64,000 bases of DNA from assembly GCA_021789935.1 (NCBI GenBank), contig JAJYIR010000007.1:11050-75049 (forward strand), read 5' to 3'. The notes under the pieces are model-generated. The model saw nothing but the letters and a program-made list of their open reading frames with translations, did not search any database and was not told the DNA's origin. Source of the stretch: Nitrospirota bacterium. GTDB lineage: Bacteria; Nitrospirota; Thermodesulfovibrionia; Thermodesulfovibrionales; JdFR-88. Of this stretch, positions 1-9,856 are shown one piece after another. Each line of letters begins with the position of its first letter. Positions within the stretch are counted from its first letter, which is position 1. A program made the position numbers and the translations under genes.

Positions 1-1
1 C

Positions 2-310
2 GATAAGGGCTACTTCAAAAATGAGGCCGGCGAGGGAAGATTCATCGCCCTCTGGCCGAGGGCCAACGGGATACTTGATCCCCTGTTGTACAAAAGAAAC
101 AGAAGGATAACCGTGGCCGGAACACTGGCCGGAACCAAAAGCGGGAAAATAGGCTCCGCAAACTATGTGTTCCCGGTTATAGACGTGCAGCAGATATTCC
201 TTTGGAAAGAAACATATTATTATCCTCCTTCCTACTATTACTATCCGTATTACCCGTATGATTACTGGTATCCCTACGGCCCCTATCCGGGTTTTGGTGT
301 CTATTGGTGA
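2..310 (+). CDS. Slp-like outer-membrane lipoprotein paralog, 3' part (5' end outside window), with Tyr/Pro-rich C-terminal tail
   Basis: The frame is open from the window edge to TGA 308-310. ...EGRFIALWPRANGILDPLLYKRNRRITVAGTLAGTKSGKIGSANYVFPVIDVQQIFLW aligns colinearly with the next gene. The tail is KETYYYPPSYYYYPYYPYDYWYPYGPYPGFGVYW. Confidence 0.6.
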   Translation, partial: DKGYFKNEAGEGRFIALWPRANGILDPLLYKRNRRITVAGTLAGTKSGKIGSANYVFPVIDVQQIFLWKETYYYPPSYYYYPYYPYDYWYPYGPYPGFGVYW

Positions 311-981
311 TGCCAGGTATGTGCCGCTTTTTATTTTTTGTTTTTTTTCCAAAAAGGGCCTTCCCGGCTGTTTGGCTGTTTCTTCCTTTGGCGCTTGCTG
401 CCTCCTGCGCCGTAAGCCCCATAAAGAGCGTTTATCTTGAGCATGGAATAAGAGATGTCTCGATACCGGCGATACAGGAAAACCAGAACCTGTACAAGGG
501 GAGGCTTTTCCTGCTGGGAGGCATAATACTGAACACCCAGGTCACGGATGAGGGCTCTCTGGTGTATGCCATATATGTGCCTGTAGACTCGGAAGGGACT
601 CCGATGCCGTTGCAGGCGGCGGGCGGCAGGTACATAGCCCTGTGGCCAAAGTCTTACGGTACGCTGGAGCCGTCGATATACAAGAAAAACCTGGAAATAA
701 CGGTGGCAGGCGAATTCGTGGGCCTTCGCAAAGGCAAGCTGGACAAGGCCGATTATGACTACCCGGTGTTCAGGATAGAGCAGATATACCTTTGGCATGG
801 AGAGCAGTATGCGCCCGCCTACTATTACCCGTATTACTATTATGCGCCCTACTATTCGTATCCTTACAATTACCCCTATTACAACTATCCATATTATTAC
901 AACTCTCCGTATTACAGATACTATAATTATCCGTACAACAGGCCGTATTACCGTCCCGGGCCATATTACTGGCGCCGCTGA
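310..981 (+). CDS. Slp-family outer-membrane lipoprotein with about 60-aa Tyr/Pro/Asn C-terminal tail
   Basis: Signal peptide plus lipobox (LPLALAAS-C). The core GGRYIALWPKSYGTLEPSIYKKNLEITVAGEFVG...YDYPVFRIEQIYLW resembles Slp/YeaY as I recall it. The ATG at 310 overlaps the upstream stop (TGATG); TTG 304 and GTG 307 are alternative starts. Confidence 0.65.
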   Translation: MPGMCRFLFFVFFPKRAFPAVWLFLPLALAASCAVSPIKSVYLEHGIRDVSIPAIQENQNLYKGRLFLLGGIILNTQVTDEGSLVYAIYVPVDSEGTPMPLQAAGGRYIALWPKSYGTLEPSIYKKNLEITVAGEFVGLRKGKLDKADYDYPVFRIEQIYLWHGEQYAPAYYYPYYYYAPYYSYPYNYPYYNYPYYYNSPYYRYYNYPYNRPYYRPGPYYWRR

Positions 982-1010
982 GCGGGAGTTTTTTTCAGGA
1001 AACCGCCGCC

Positions 1011-1040
1011 TTGACAACCCCCGGGCCAACTTCTTATACT
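1011..1040 (+). promoter_or_regulatory. sigma-70-like promoter candidate upstream of ABC ATPase genes
   Basis: TTGACA (1011-1016), then 17-18 nt, then TATACT (1035-1040). It lies about 120 nt upstream of ATG 1161. Confidence 0.4.
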
Positions 1041-1103
1041 CAATCCTGGTATGCATTCACCGCTTAGAGGCCTCTATGCCTTTTCAGAAGCTCCAAACCA
1101 AAG

Positions 1104-1132
1104 ATCCGGAAGGACGCATTCATCCGGAAGGA
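1104..1132 (+). repeat. Direct repeat ATCCGGAAGGA x2 (18-bp period) in the oppD-like leader
   Basis: Identical 11-mers at 1104-1114 and 1122-1132, read directly from the sequence. Confidence 0.6.
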
Positions 1133-1160
1133 TACATTTAGCCCAGGGACAACATTCAAA

Positions 1161-2153
1161 ATGTCCGCCGGCATGACCGCTCCGCTTCTTGAGATCAAGG
1201 ACCTGGACATCTTCTTTGCCCGTGCGAAGGGCGGGGTGAAGGTGGTAAACAAGTTGGCCTTTTCCATCCAGCGGGGCAGCATATTCGGCCTGGCCGGCGA
1301 GTCCGGTTCCGGCAAATCCCTTACCGCTTTATCCATCATGGGGATTTTGCCAAACGGTGCCAGGGCCGAAGGGAGCATAGAATTCAAAGGCAGCGGGATA
1401 CTGGGCCTGCCGTCTGAAAAAATGCGCTCCATAAGAGGGAAAGAGATATCAATGGTGTTTCAGGAGCCCATGACATCCCTGAACCCTGTGCTCAAGATCG
1501 GCTACCAGGTAAGAGAGGCCCTGCTGGCCCACCTGCCTATATCGAAAAAAGAGGCGCAGACCCGCGCCGTCCAATTGCTGCGCTCCGTGATGATCCCGGC
1601 GCCGGAGCAAAGGATAAACGATTACCCGCACCAGCTTTCGGGCGGGATGAGACAGCGCGTGATGATTGCCATGGCAATCGCCTGCAACCCGTCCCTGCTG
1701 ATAGCGGACGAGCCCACGACCGCCCTGGACGTGACCATAGAGGCCCAGATACTTGAGCTGATAGACACGCTGAGGGCCGAAAGGGACATGTCTGTTTTGC
1801 TCATAACCCATGACCTTGGCGCGATAGCCCGGCATGCCCGGACGGTAGGCGTAATGTATGCGGGCCGGATTGTGGAGCTTGCTCCCGTGGGGGAGATCTT
1901 CTCCGGGCCGAAGCATCCGTACACGATAGGCCTTCTTGAATCGATACCCTTCAAGAACAAAAGGGGGATGCCTCTGAAACCGATTCCCGGAAGCGTTCCG
2001 CCCCCCTGGGGGCTTCCGCCTGGATGCAAATTCTCCGACAGGTGCTCCTTCAAGATTCCGCCCTGCCAGCAGGCCGAACCGGAGTTCGAAGAGATCACTC
2101 CCGGACATTTCTCCAGATGCATTCGCGCAAGGGAGATGAAATGGACCCTTTGA
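1161..2153 (+). CDS. Oligopeptide/dipeptide-type ABC transporter ATP-binding protein (OppD/DppD-like)
   Basis: Walker A GESGSGKS, signature LSGGMRQR, Walker [14 protein letters not shown]-terminal oligopeptide-ABC extension with Cys motif [15 protein letters not shown]. Confidence 0.93.
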   Translation: MSAGMTAPLLEIKDLDIFFARAKGGVKVVNKLAFSIQRGSIFGLAGESGSGKSLTALSIMGILPNGARAEGSIEFKGSGILGLPSEKMRSIRGKEISMVFQEPMTSLNPVLKIGYQVREALLAHLPISKKEAQTRAVQLLRSVMIPAPEQRINDYPHQLSGGMRQRVMIAMAIACNPSLLIADEPTTALDVTIEAQILELIDTLRAERDMSVLLITHDLGAIARHARTVGVMYAGRIVELAPVGEIFSGPKHPYTIGLLESIPFKNKRGMPLKPIPGSVPPPWGLPPGCKFSDRCSFKIPPCQQAEPEFEEITPGHFSRCIRAREMKWTL

Positions 2154-3142
2154 TAAAGGCACAGGACCTGAGAAAGTTCTTTCCGTTCAGGAAAGGGCTC
2201 TTCGGCAGGGAGATGGTGCTTAAGGCTGTGGACGGGGTGAGCCTGGAGGTGGCCGAAAACAGGGTGCTTGGCGTAGTGGGAGAAAGCGGCTCAGGGAAGT
2301 CCACCCTTGCCCGCATGGTCACCGCGCTTGACAGGCCTACCTCGGGTGACGTCCTTTTTCGCGGCAAGAGCGTTTTCTCCATGGACCGCCATGAGCTTAA
2401 GCAGTTCAGGCGGGCAGTGCAGATAATCTTCCAGGACCCTTTTGCCTCCCTTAACCCGCGGGCCACTGTTTTTGACACCATAGCCGAACCCATAAGGATA
2501 CACCGGCTGGCGGAGAAAAAGGACATCGAGCAGAAGGTGGCCGGGCTTTTGAAGGACGTGGGGCTGGGCATGGAGATACTGCGCCGCTATCCGCACGAGT
2601 TCAGCGGAGGCCAGAGGCAAAGGATATGCATAGCGAGGGCACTTGCCGTTTCGCCCCGGCTCATCGTGGCGGACGAGCCGCTTTCAGCCCTGGACGTAAG
2701 CATCCAGGCGCAGATACTGAATATACTCTCCGATCTGAAAAAACGCGATCGGATATCCTTTTTGTTCATAAGCCATGACCTGAGAGTGGTGGAATACCTG
2801 AGCGACGAGGTGGCCGTGATGTACCTGGGGAAGGTCGTGGAGCGCTCCGGGGCTGAGGGGCTTTTTGAAAAACCGCTTCATCCCTATACCGTAGGGCTCT
2901 TCGCATCGGTCCCGGCCATAAAGGCCAGGGAGATGGGGGCGCCTTTTGACGAAAAGATGGAGGAAAAAGTGGAGAAGGCGGCCCCGAAAGGAGATATCCC
3001 AAGCCCCATAGACATCCCGCCCGGCTGTCCGTTCCACCCAAGGTGCCCAAAGAGGTTTTCACCCTGCGACAAGGCCATCCCCCAGCTTATGGAACCCGCC
3101 GGTCAGCCCGGCAGGCTGGTAGCCTGCCATCTCTGGAACTAA
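2141..3142 (+). CDS. Oligopeptide/dipeptide-type ABC transporter ATP-binding protein (OppF/DppF-like)
   Basis: [29 protein letters not shown] and the C-terminal [15 protein letters not shown]. The start is set at ATG 2141 ([10 protein letters not shown]...), overlapping the upstream stop by 13 nt. The track ORF start at 2024 lies inside the previous gene. Confidence 0.93.
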   Translation: MDPLIKAQDLRKFFPFRKGLFGREMVLKAVDGVSLEVAENRVLGVVGESGSGKSTLARMVTALDRPTSGDVLFRGKSVFSMDRHELKQFRRAVQIIFQDPFASLNPRATVFDTIAEPIRIHRLAEKKDIEQKVAGLLKDVGLGMEILRRYPHEFSGGQRQRICIARALAVSPRLIVADEPLSALDVSIQAQILNILSDLKKRDRISFLFISHDLRVVEYLSDEVAVMYLGKVVERSGAEGLFEKPLHPYTVGLFASVPAIKAREMGAPFDEKMEEKVEKAAPKGDIPSPIDIPPGCPFHPRCPKRFSPCDKAIPQLMEPAGQPGRLVACHLWN

Positions 3143-3145
3143 ACC

Positions 3146-3344
3146 TAGTGTCCTGTCCCGTAAATAGCTTTACATAACAGCTTTCAAGTAAGGTTTAGAA
3201 ACATAAGCATCTCTAAGGTCGTCATGCCCGAGTGTCTTAATCGGGCATCCATTTTGACGTTTTTGTAAATTGGATTCCCGCCTGCGCGGGAATGACGGCC
3301 CAAAACATTCCTGAGCCAAATGTAAAGAAGTGTTAGGGACACTA
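3146..3344 (+). mobile_element. MITE-like hairpin-rich repeat, copy A
   Basis: About 90% identical by eye to 51051-51312. The ends TAGTGTCCTGTCCC ... GGGACACTA are imperfect terminal inverted repeats. Internal hairpins are ATGCCCG-N11-CGGGCAT and ATTCCCGC-CTGC-GCGGGAAT. No ORF. Confidence 0.7.
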
Positions 3345-3406
3345 CAGCTTGCCGCCTCTGGATTCGTACTGACGGCCTGGGCCCTTAATGTCCGGCCGCT
3401 GACGGT

Positions 3407-3907
3407 TTACCTGAGTATCTCTTTTATATCATGCTCAATGGAGGCGGGGTCCGGCGGGCCTATGTATTTTTTCACTATCAGGCCGTTGCTGTCTATGAGG
3501 AAGGTAACCGGAATCGGCATCACGCCGTAGAGGGTGTGCACGGCCGAACGGGAATCTATCAGCACGGGATAATCCACGGGGTGTGTGGCCTCGAAGTTTT
3601 TCACTTCGATTGCGGTGTCCTTGGTTATCCCGAAGACCCTCAATCCCCGCATCTCATATTTTTTATAAAGCCCGTTGAGCAAGTTGATCTCGCCCACACA
3701 GGGAGGGCACCAGGTCGCCCAGAAATTGAGGACCACAACATTGCCGCTTAGCCCCACTCCGGAATAGACCTTTCCGTTCGTGCCGCTCAATGAAAATTCG
3801 GGGGCCGCCGCGCCCACCTGAAGGGCTCGCGCGCTTTGCGGAACCGCGCCCACCAGAAGCAGAAGGGCCAGCGGCAAAAAAACGGAAAAAACAAAAATCT
3901 TTCCCAT
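3407..3907 (-). CDS. TlpA/ResA-like periplasmic thiol:disulfide oxidoreductase (thioredoxin fold)
   Basis: N-terminal signal peptide, the WATWCPPC active-site motif, and AhpC/TSA-like length. Confidence 0.85.
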   Translation of the reverse strand: MGKIFVFSVFLPLALLLLVGAVPQSARALQVGAAAPEFSLSGTNGKVYSGVGLSGNVVVLNFWATWCPPCVGEINLLNGLYKKYEMRGLRVFGITKDTAIEVKNFEATHPVDYPVLIDSRSAVHTLYGVMPIPVTFLIDSNGLIVKKYIGPPDPASIEHDIKEILR

Positions 3908-3989
3908 GAGGCAATTATATCAGAGAAAACCCCGGAAAACGGCGCAAAATACGCCTGAAAATTTCCTTTTTCCCGCCTGATGATTTTTC

Positions 3990-4019
3990 TTGACAACTTT
4001 TGCATTTTTGATGTAATTT
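3990..4019 (+). promoter_or_regulatory. sigma-70-like promoter candidate for speH
   Basis: TTGACA 3990-3995, followed by TGTAAT/TAATTT at 16-18 nt spacing. RBS GAAGGGGGG lies before TTG 4078. Confidence 0.4.
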
Positions 4020-4077
4020 AACTGCTTGAGTCAAGGGCGGTAAGCCCTTAATTTACCGTTAGAAGGGGGGTAGAGAA

Positions 4078-4494
4078 TTGCATGCCTTAGGAACCCATCT
4101 TTTAGTGGATTTAAGGGATTGCAACATCGAGGCAATCAGGGATCTGGAGTATGTAAAGGATTCGCTGGTACAGGCCGCGAAAGCGGCGTCGGCAACAATA
4201 GTGGATGTCTCCTTCCATGAGTTCAACCCGTTTGGAATAAGCGGAATGGTTGTTATAGCGGAATCTCATCTGAGCATTCACACCTGGCCCGAATACGGCT
4301 ATGCAGCGGTTGACATCTTCACTTGCGGGGACCTCATAAAACCTGAAACCGCAGCCTCTTATCTGATAGAGCGGTTCGGCAGTCTAAACCCATCGGTGGT
4401 GGAGATGAAAAGGGGCATAATTTCTCCCTTTGACAAGAAGCTGCCCCACAAAGTTACCCAGGAAATGGATAGCGAGCAAGTCCCGCAGGGTTAG
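4078..4494 (+). CDS. speH: S-adenosylmethionine decarboxylase proenzyme (small pyruvoyl type)
   Basis: GTHLLVDL...AESHLSIHTWPEYGYAAVDIFTCG, including the self-cleavage ES motif. TTG start with a strong RBS. Confidence 0.9.
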   Translation: MHALGTHLLVDLRDCNIEAIRDLEYVKDSLVQAAKAASATIVDVSFHEFNPFGISGMVVIAESHLSIHTWPEYGYAAVDIFTCGDLIKPETAASYLIERFGSLNPSVVEMKRGIISPFDKKLPHKVTQEMDSEQVPQG

Positions 4495-4570
4495 CGAGCG
4501 GCTACTATCAAATCAGAAGACCCTGCATTCGATTCCCGAAGGGAATAAAATAGAAAGCCTGTCATAGAAT

Positions 4571-4597
4571 AAAAAGGCCGGCGGTACCTGGCCGGCC
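4571..4597 (-). terminator. Rho-independent terminator candidate downstream of pgk
   Basis: On the minus strand, GGCCGGC-N8-GCCGGCC is followed by TTTTTATTCT. It sits in the convergent speH/pgk gap. Confidence 0.5.
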
Positions 4598-4739
4598 AAA
4601 CCAAAGCGGGAGGGAAACGAAGAACCTCGCGCGCGGGATTTTTATTTCTGCTTTGCGCCCCCTCGCCGTTAAGAGGAAAAACAAGAGGGAAAAACTTTCT
4701 TTCTTACAGGCAGGGGGCATATATGGTATTTTTTCCTTT

Positions 4740-5957
4740 TTAATTCCTGTCCTTGAGCGCCGCTATGCCGGGCAGTTCCTTCCCCTCCAGAAGCTGAAGA
4801 GATGCGCCTCCGCCTGTAGAGATGAAGGAGATCGAATCCGAAACCCCCGCCCTGCTTACGGCGAGGTCCGTGTCCCCCCCGCCCACTATGGTGAGCGCGT
4901 AGGCATCGGCCACGGCGTGGGCTATCGAAAAGGTGCCGCGGCTGAAGGCGTCCATTTCGAACACACCCATAGGGCCGTTCCAGATAACGGTCTTCGCGTT
5001 GGCGAGGGCCTCTGAAAAGAGTTTTACCGAGGCGGGCCCGATGTCCAGGGCCTTCCAGCCCCTGGGTATCTCCTGCGTGGTGACGAGCTTTGTTTCGGCT
5101 TGGGGCTCCATGCTCTGGGCAACCACGCAGTCGACGGGCAGATAGAACCTGACATTGTTTTTTACAAGGCTCAACCTTATCTTTTCGGCAAGCTCAAGCA
5201 TCTCGTTTTCAACCAGGGAATCGCCTACTTCATACCCCATGGCTTTTATGAAGGTAAAGGCCATGCCGCCGCCGACGATGACCTTGTCCACCTTGTCTAT
5301 GAGGTTTTCGAGGACCCCTATCTTGCCGGACACCTTGGCCCCGCCAAGTATGGCCGTGAAGGGCCGGACGGGATTGCTCACCACCCCCTGCAGGTAACCC
5401 ACTTCTTTTCTCAACAGGAAACCCGCGACGGCGGGAATGAACCTGGGGATGCCCACGATGGAGGCGTGGTTCCTGTGGGCGGCCCCGAAGGCGTCGTTCA
5501 CGTATATTTCCGCCAGGGAGGCCAGCTCCTGCGCAAACTTCTCATCGTTTGCCTGCTCGCCGGAGTCGAACCTCAGGTTCTCCACAAGCAGCACGTCGCC
5601 AGGCCGCATTTTGGTTATCGTGTCCTTGACGGTTTTGCCGTGTATTTCCGGGCTGAACAGGACCTCCTTGTTCAGGAGGCGCTGAAGCCTCCTTGCGACG
5701 GGGGCCAGGCTCCATTTTGGTTCCGGCTTGCCCTGAGGTCTTCCCATATGGGAGGCGAGGATTACCTTTGCCCCTTCATCTATCGCGTAGTTTATGGTGG
5801 GAAGGGCGGAACGTATCCTCCGGTCATCGGTTATCATCATGTTTTCATCCAGGGGCACGTTGAAATCCACACGGATGAATACGCGCTTGCCCTTAATCTC
5901 GATGTCCTCTATCGTGAGCTTTCCGAAATCGCCTTGTCCAAATGCCCCCCTTGCCAT
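4740..5957 (-). CDS. pgk: Phosphoglycerate kinase
   Basis: KRVFIRVDFNVPL, the ILASHMGRP-type motif, and STGGGASL near the C-terminus. The start is set at ATG 5957, 4 nt after the gap stop. The track ORF start at 6029 overlaps gap. Confidence 0.95.
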   Translation of the reverse strand: MARGAFGQGDFGKLTIEDIEIKGKRVFIRVDFNVPLDENMMITDDRRIRSALPTINYAIDEGAKVILASHMGRPQGKPEPKWSLAPVARRLQRLLNKEVLFSPEIHGKTVKDTITKMRPGDVLLVENLRFDSGEQANDEKFAQELASLAEIYVNDAFGAAHRNHASIVGIPRFIPAVAGFLLRKEVGYLQGVVSNPVRPFTAILGGAKVSGKIGVLENLIDKVDKVIVGGGMAFTFIKAMGYEVGDSLVENEMLELAEKIRLSLVKNNVRFYLPVDCVVAQSMEPQAETKLVTTQEIPRGWKALDIGPASVKLFSEALANAKTVIWNGPMGVFEMDAFSRGTFSIAHAVADAYALTIVGGGDTDLAVSRAGVSDSISFISTGGGASLQLLEGKELPGIAALKDRN

Positions 5958-5961
5958 GTCC

Positions 5962-6975
<1,014 letters not shown>

Positions 6976-7076
6976 TCAGCATTTTTAATTTAAATTAATT
7001 TTAAAATTTGGTCCGTTTTTTATTTTTATCTGAAAAAGAAAAACCGGGCTTCTTTGCACCATTGCCACTTTCTTTA

Positions 7077-8345
7077 TCATACGCGGCACATGACAAAGCC
7101 GGTCATTATCTTGGGGTAAAAATAAGTGGATTTTGGCGGCATCCGCTGCCCGGAAAGTGCCACATCCATTACCTCGTTGACGCTTGTGGGGTTCAGGAAG
7201 AAGGCGGCGTCCCATGAGCCGCTGTTCACAAGCTCAAGGACGCGCGAGGGGTCCATCTCATAGGCGATTTCCGTTGCATGCAGAAGTTCTTTGCCTCTTT
7301 TGTTCAGCACGAACTCATGCAGAATAACCACGTCCAGCTCACGGAGCGAGGGATGGAAGTCCCCCAGGTCCAAGCCGTCGTATATGGCAATAAAGCTTTT
7401 TCCCCCGGCATAAATGCCGAAGGTGTTTTTCATCCCCTTGATGTTTTTCAGGATGTCCGCGTCTGCCGGAAGCTCCCGCGTCTCGAAATGCTCCCCCATT
7501 GCGCCGGGTATGTCTTGTTTTTGGGCTGACGGGCCACCCAGCTTAAGAAGCCTGTGCGTGGGCAGTACGGTGAGGCCGCCGTCAGAGATGTTTGCAAGAA
7601 ACATCATCACATAGTTGAAGGGAGCGTCTTTTCCGCCGGGGGCGTCTCCCGGCTTTTCCCGCATCTGGCGCTGGTTTTCAAGTGCGGTCTCATAGCGGTG
7701 GTGGCCGTCGGCGATGAAGACAGGCTTGCCGCTCAAATCCTCCTGGAAGGCCGCTATGTCATCGGGTGAGTCTATTATCCAAAGCCGGTGTTTGAACCCG
7801 TCGGCGTCGGCGGCCTCCAGATACGGCGGGACGCTGCCTTCAGAGAACCTTTTAAGCACATCGGAGGCCCGGCTGTGCGTGTTTTCGTAAAAGGAAAAAA
7901 CAGGGCTTGTGTTCATGCCGGTGGCTTTTATAAGGTTCAGGCGGTCTGAACGCGCCTTCGAATGAGTGCACTCATGCGGATATATGCCCTGGCCCAGAGG
8001 CGTCAGCCTTACCATGGCGAAGACCCCCATCAGCCTCTTTTGCTTCCCTTTTGCCGAGTACCGGACCTCATAGGCATAAAGGCATGGGCGCTTTGTCTCT
8101 TTAAGGACGCCCTCCCTGAGCCACTCGTCTATCAGGGAAGCGGCGCGGGTATATTTGTTGCCGGTCTCATTGTCGCCAGGCTGGTCCTGCCCTGCGTCTA
8201 TATGGACGATGTTGAACGGGCTTTTTGCAAAAAGGGCCTGCTTTGCCGCCGGCGATATGACGTCGTAAGGAGGCGCCATAACTCCTGCGGCATCGATCTT
8301 TTGGGGATCGTAACAGATCCCCTTAAAAGGGATGATCTCTGCCAA
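7077..8345 (-). CDS. DUF1015 domain-containing protein
   Basis: IIPFKGICYD..., PHECTHSKARSDRLNLIKATGMNTSPVF and IADGHHRYETAL match my recollection of DUF1015. Confidence 0.8.
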   Translation of the reverse strand: MAEIIPFKGICYDPQKIDAAGVMAPPYDVISPAAKQALFAKSPFNIVHIDAGQDQPGDNETGNKYTRAASLIDEWLREGVLKETKRPCLYAYEVRYSAKGKQKRLMGVFAMVRLTPLGQGIYPHECTHSKARSDRLNLIKATGMNTSPVFSFYENTHSRASDVLKRFSEGSVPPYLEAADADGFKHRLWIIDSPDDIAAFQEDLSGKPVFIADGHHRYETALENQRQMREKPGDAPGGKDAPFNYVMMFLANISDGGLTVLPTHRLLKLGGPSAQKQDIPGAMGEHFETRELPADADILKNIKGMKNTFGIYAGGKSFIAIYDGLDLGDFHPSLRELDVVILHEFVLNKRGKELLHATEIAYEMDPSRVLELVNSGSWDAAFFLNPTSVNEVMDVALSGQRMPPKSTYFYPKIMTGFVMCRV

Positions 8346-8522
8346 AAGACAGCAATGCTCCTTTGGTTTTCTTTTTTTTCGAAGATTCCGCGCGGTTTTT
8401 TGGGACCGGAAGGAACCTTAATAATATAACAGTTTTAAATATTATCATTATACTCCGGTGTATTTCAATTGAAAGAGGGCAGATTAATACTGATTTTTCG
8501 CGCCTTGCCGGCCCGTTTTTCT

Positions 8523-9230
8523 TTATGGGACCGGGCGGGCATCCGCCATGCTTAGGGCTTCCACGCGGACCTTTGCGACCCCTTTCTTATAGAAGCCCAG
8601 TTTTTTTGCCGCCCCCATGCTCAAGTCTATTATCCTTTTTCCAGCCGACGGGTTACCCTTTGCGGGGAAGGGCCCCCGGTCGTTTACCCTTACGATTATC
8701 TGCCGCCCGTTTTCCAGGTTCGTCACCTTCGCATAGCAGGGCAGGGGAAGGTATTTGTGGGCGGCTGACAGCCAGTCCGGGTTGAAGACCTCTCCGTCTG
8801 CCGTCATCGCCCCCCTGTTCTGCCTTATCGTTTCATATCCGTACCAGGAGGCCATGCCCGTCTGCCTGTACGTCGCGGCCTTTTTTATGCTCATGGGTCG
8901 GTAAGTCCTGCCGTCCACGACATAGGGCTCCGTCCGGACCCTTCCAAGGCGAATGGCCTCCTTTGGAGGCAGGCCGCCAATGGATTTTATTTCGGAGTGG
9001 GTCAACGGCCATTCAAGCGGGGCCCTTACGACGTTGAAAGTGAATTTTCCCACCTTGTAAACCGCCACCACCGTTCCGGCCGCCACCTTGCAGCCTGTCT
9101 TCACGGTCCATATGCTTCCTTTGACGGCCGCCTTGGTTGCGTCATACGGGACTTCCGCGACGGCGCAGGCATTAAGCAGGACAATCAGAAACGAAAAAAT
9201 CAAAAAAATGTGTGCGTTCAGGTGCTTCAT
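8523..9230 (-). CDS. rlpA: Septal ring lytic transglycosylase RlpA family lipoprotein
   Basis: Lipobox LLNAC. DPBB domain: GMASWYGYE...TADGEVFNPDWLSAAHKYLPLPCYAKVTNLENGRQIIVRVNDRGPF. Confidence 0.88.
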   Translation of the reverse strand: MKHLNAHIFLIFSFLIVLLNACAVAEVPYDATKAAVKGSIWTVKTGCKVAAGTVVAVYKVGKFTFNVVRAPLEWPLTHSEIKSIGGLPPKEAIRLGRVRTEPYVVDGRTYRPMSIKKAATYRQTGMASWYGYETIRQNRGAMTADGEVFNPDWLSAAHKYLPLPCYAKVTNLENGRQIIVRVNDRGPFPAKGNPSAGKRIIDLSMGAAKKLGFYKKGVAKVRVEALSMADARPVP

Positions 9231-9373
9231 GTATTGCGTTTAATTTAGCATTTTTTCCTGGAAGAATCGGGGCAAAGGTGCCAAAAAAGGCATAAACCGT
9301 CCCGGCCGTGTTCCCGGTGGGGGTCTTCCGCCGCCCGGCGGCCTGCCGTTTACCCTGTGATATAATTTTTCCA

Positions 9374-9856
9374 ATGTATTTGGTAAGCGCCTGCCTTGCC
9401 GGTTTCAATACAAGATACGACGGTACGAACTGCTTGGACGAGCGGGTGAGGAAACTCGTTTTATCCGGACTGGCATTGCCCGTATGCCCCGAGCAGCTTG
9501 GCGGGCTTCCAACCCCAAGGCCCCCCATGGAGTTTTTCCCTCCATGCGGCGGCGCCTCCGTTCTGGATGGCATGGGCGGGGTTTTTTGCATGCCGCCCGG
9601 GAAGGCCGGCTTGCAGCAGGACCCGGAGGCGCTTAAAGACGCGCTTCTGCGAGGGGCGCGGGAGACGCTCCGGGTAGCCTTGGCCTATGGGATAAAAAAG
9701 GCCATTTTGAAGGACGGAAGCCCCTCATGCGGCACGGGCTATGTCCATTGCCGTGAGAGTGCCGGAGGGCGGAAGCAGCCCGGAAGGGGCGTAACCGCGG
9801 AGCTCCTTTGGCGGAAAGGCATAGAGGTGGCGGGCGTTGATTCCCTACAAGGATGA
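9374..9856 (+). CDS. DUF523 domain-containing protein (YbbK/TudS-like)
   Basis: YLVSACLAGFNTRYDG, PVCPEQLGGLPTPRPP and DGSPSCG. The start is set at ATG 9374. Confidence 0.8.
   Translation: MYLVSACLAGFNTRYDGTNCLDERVRKLVLSGLALPVCPEQLGGLPTPRPPMEFFPPCGGASVLDGMGGVFCMPPGKAGLQQDPEALKDALLRGARETLRVALAYGIKKAILKDGSPSCGTGYVHCRESAGGRKQPGRGVTAELLWRKGIEVAGVDSLQG

Noticed and set aside
331-1056. 241-aa minus-strand ORF opposite the Slp-like gene (also 15540-16577 opposite htrA, 18946-19644 opposite the Smr gene, and 50035-50892 opposite the SQD1 homolog)
   Set aside because: These are all antisense to genes with strong family signatures. Their translations are repetitive (the V/I/R runs mirror the Tyr codons) or compositionally biased.
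2024-2140. N-terminal extension of the OppF-like ORF
   Set aside because: The extension lies within the OppD-like coding region in another frame. ATG 2141 gives the canonical N-terminus of the ATPase family with a short overlap typical of coupled ABC genes.
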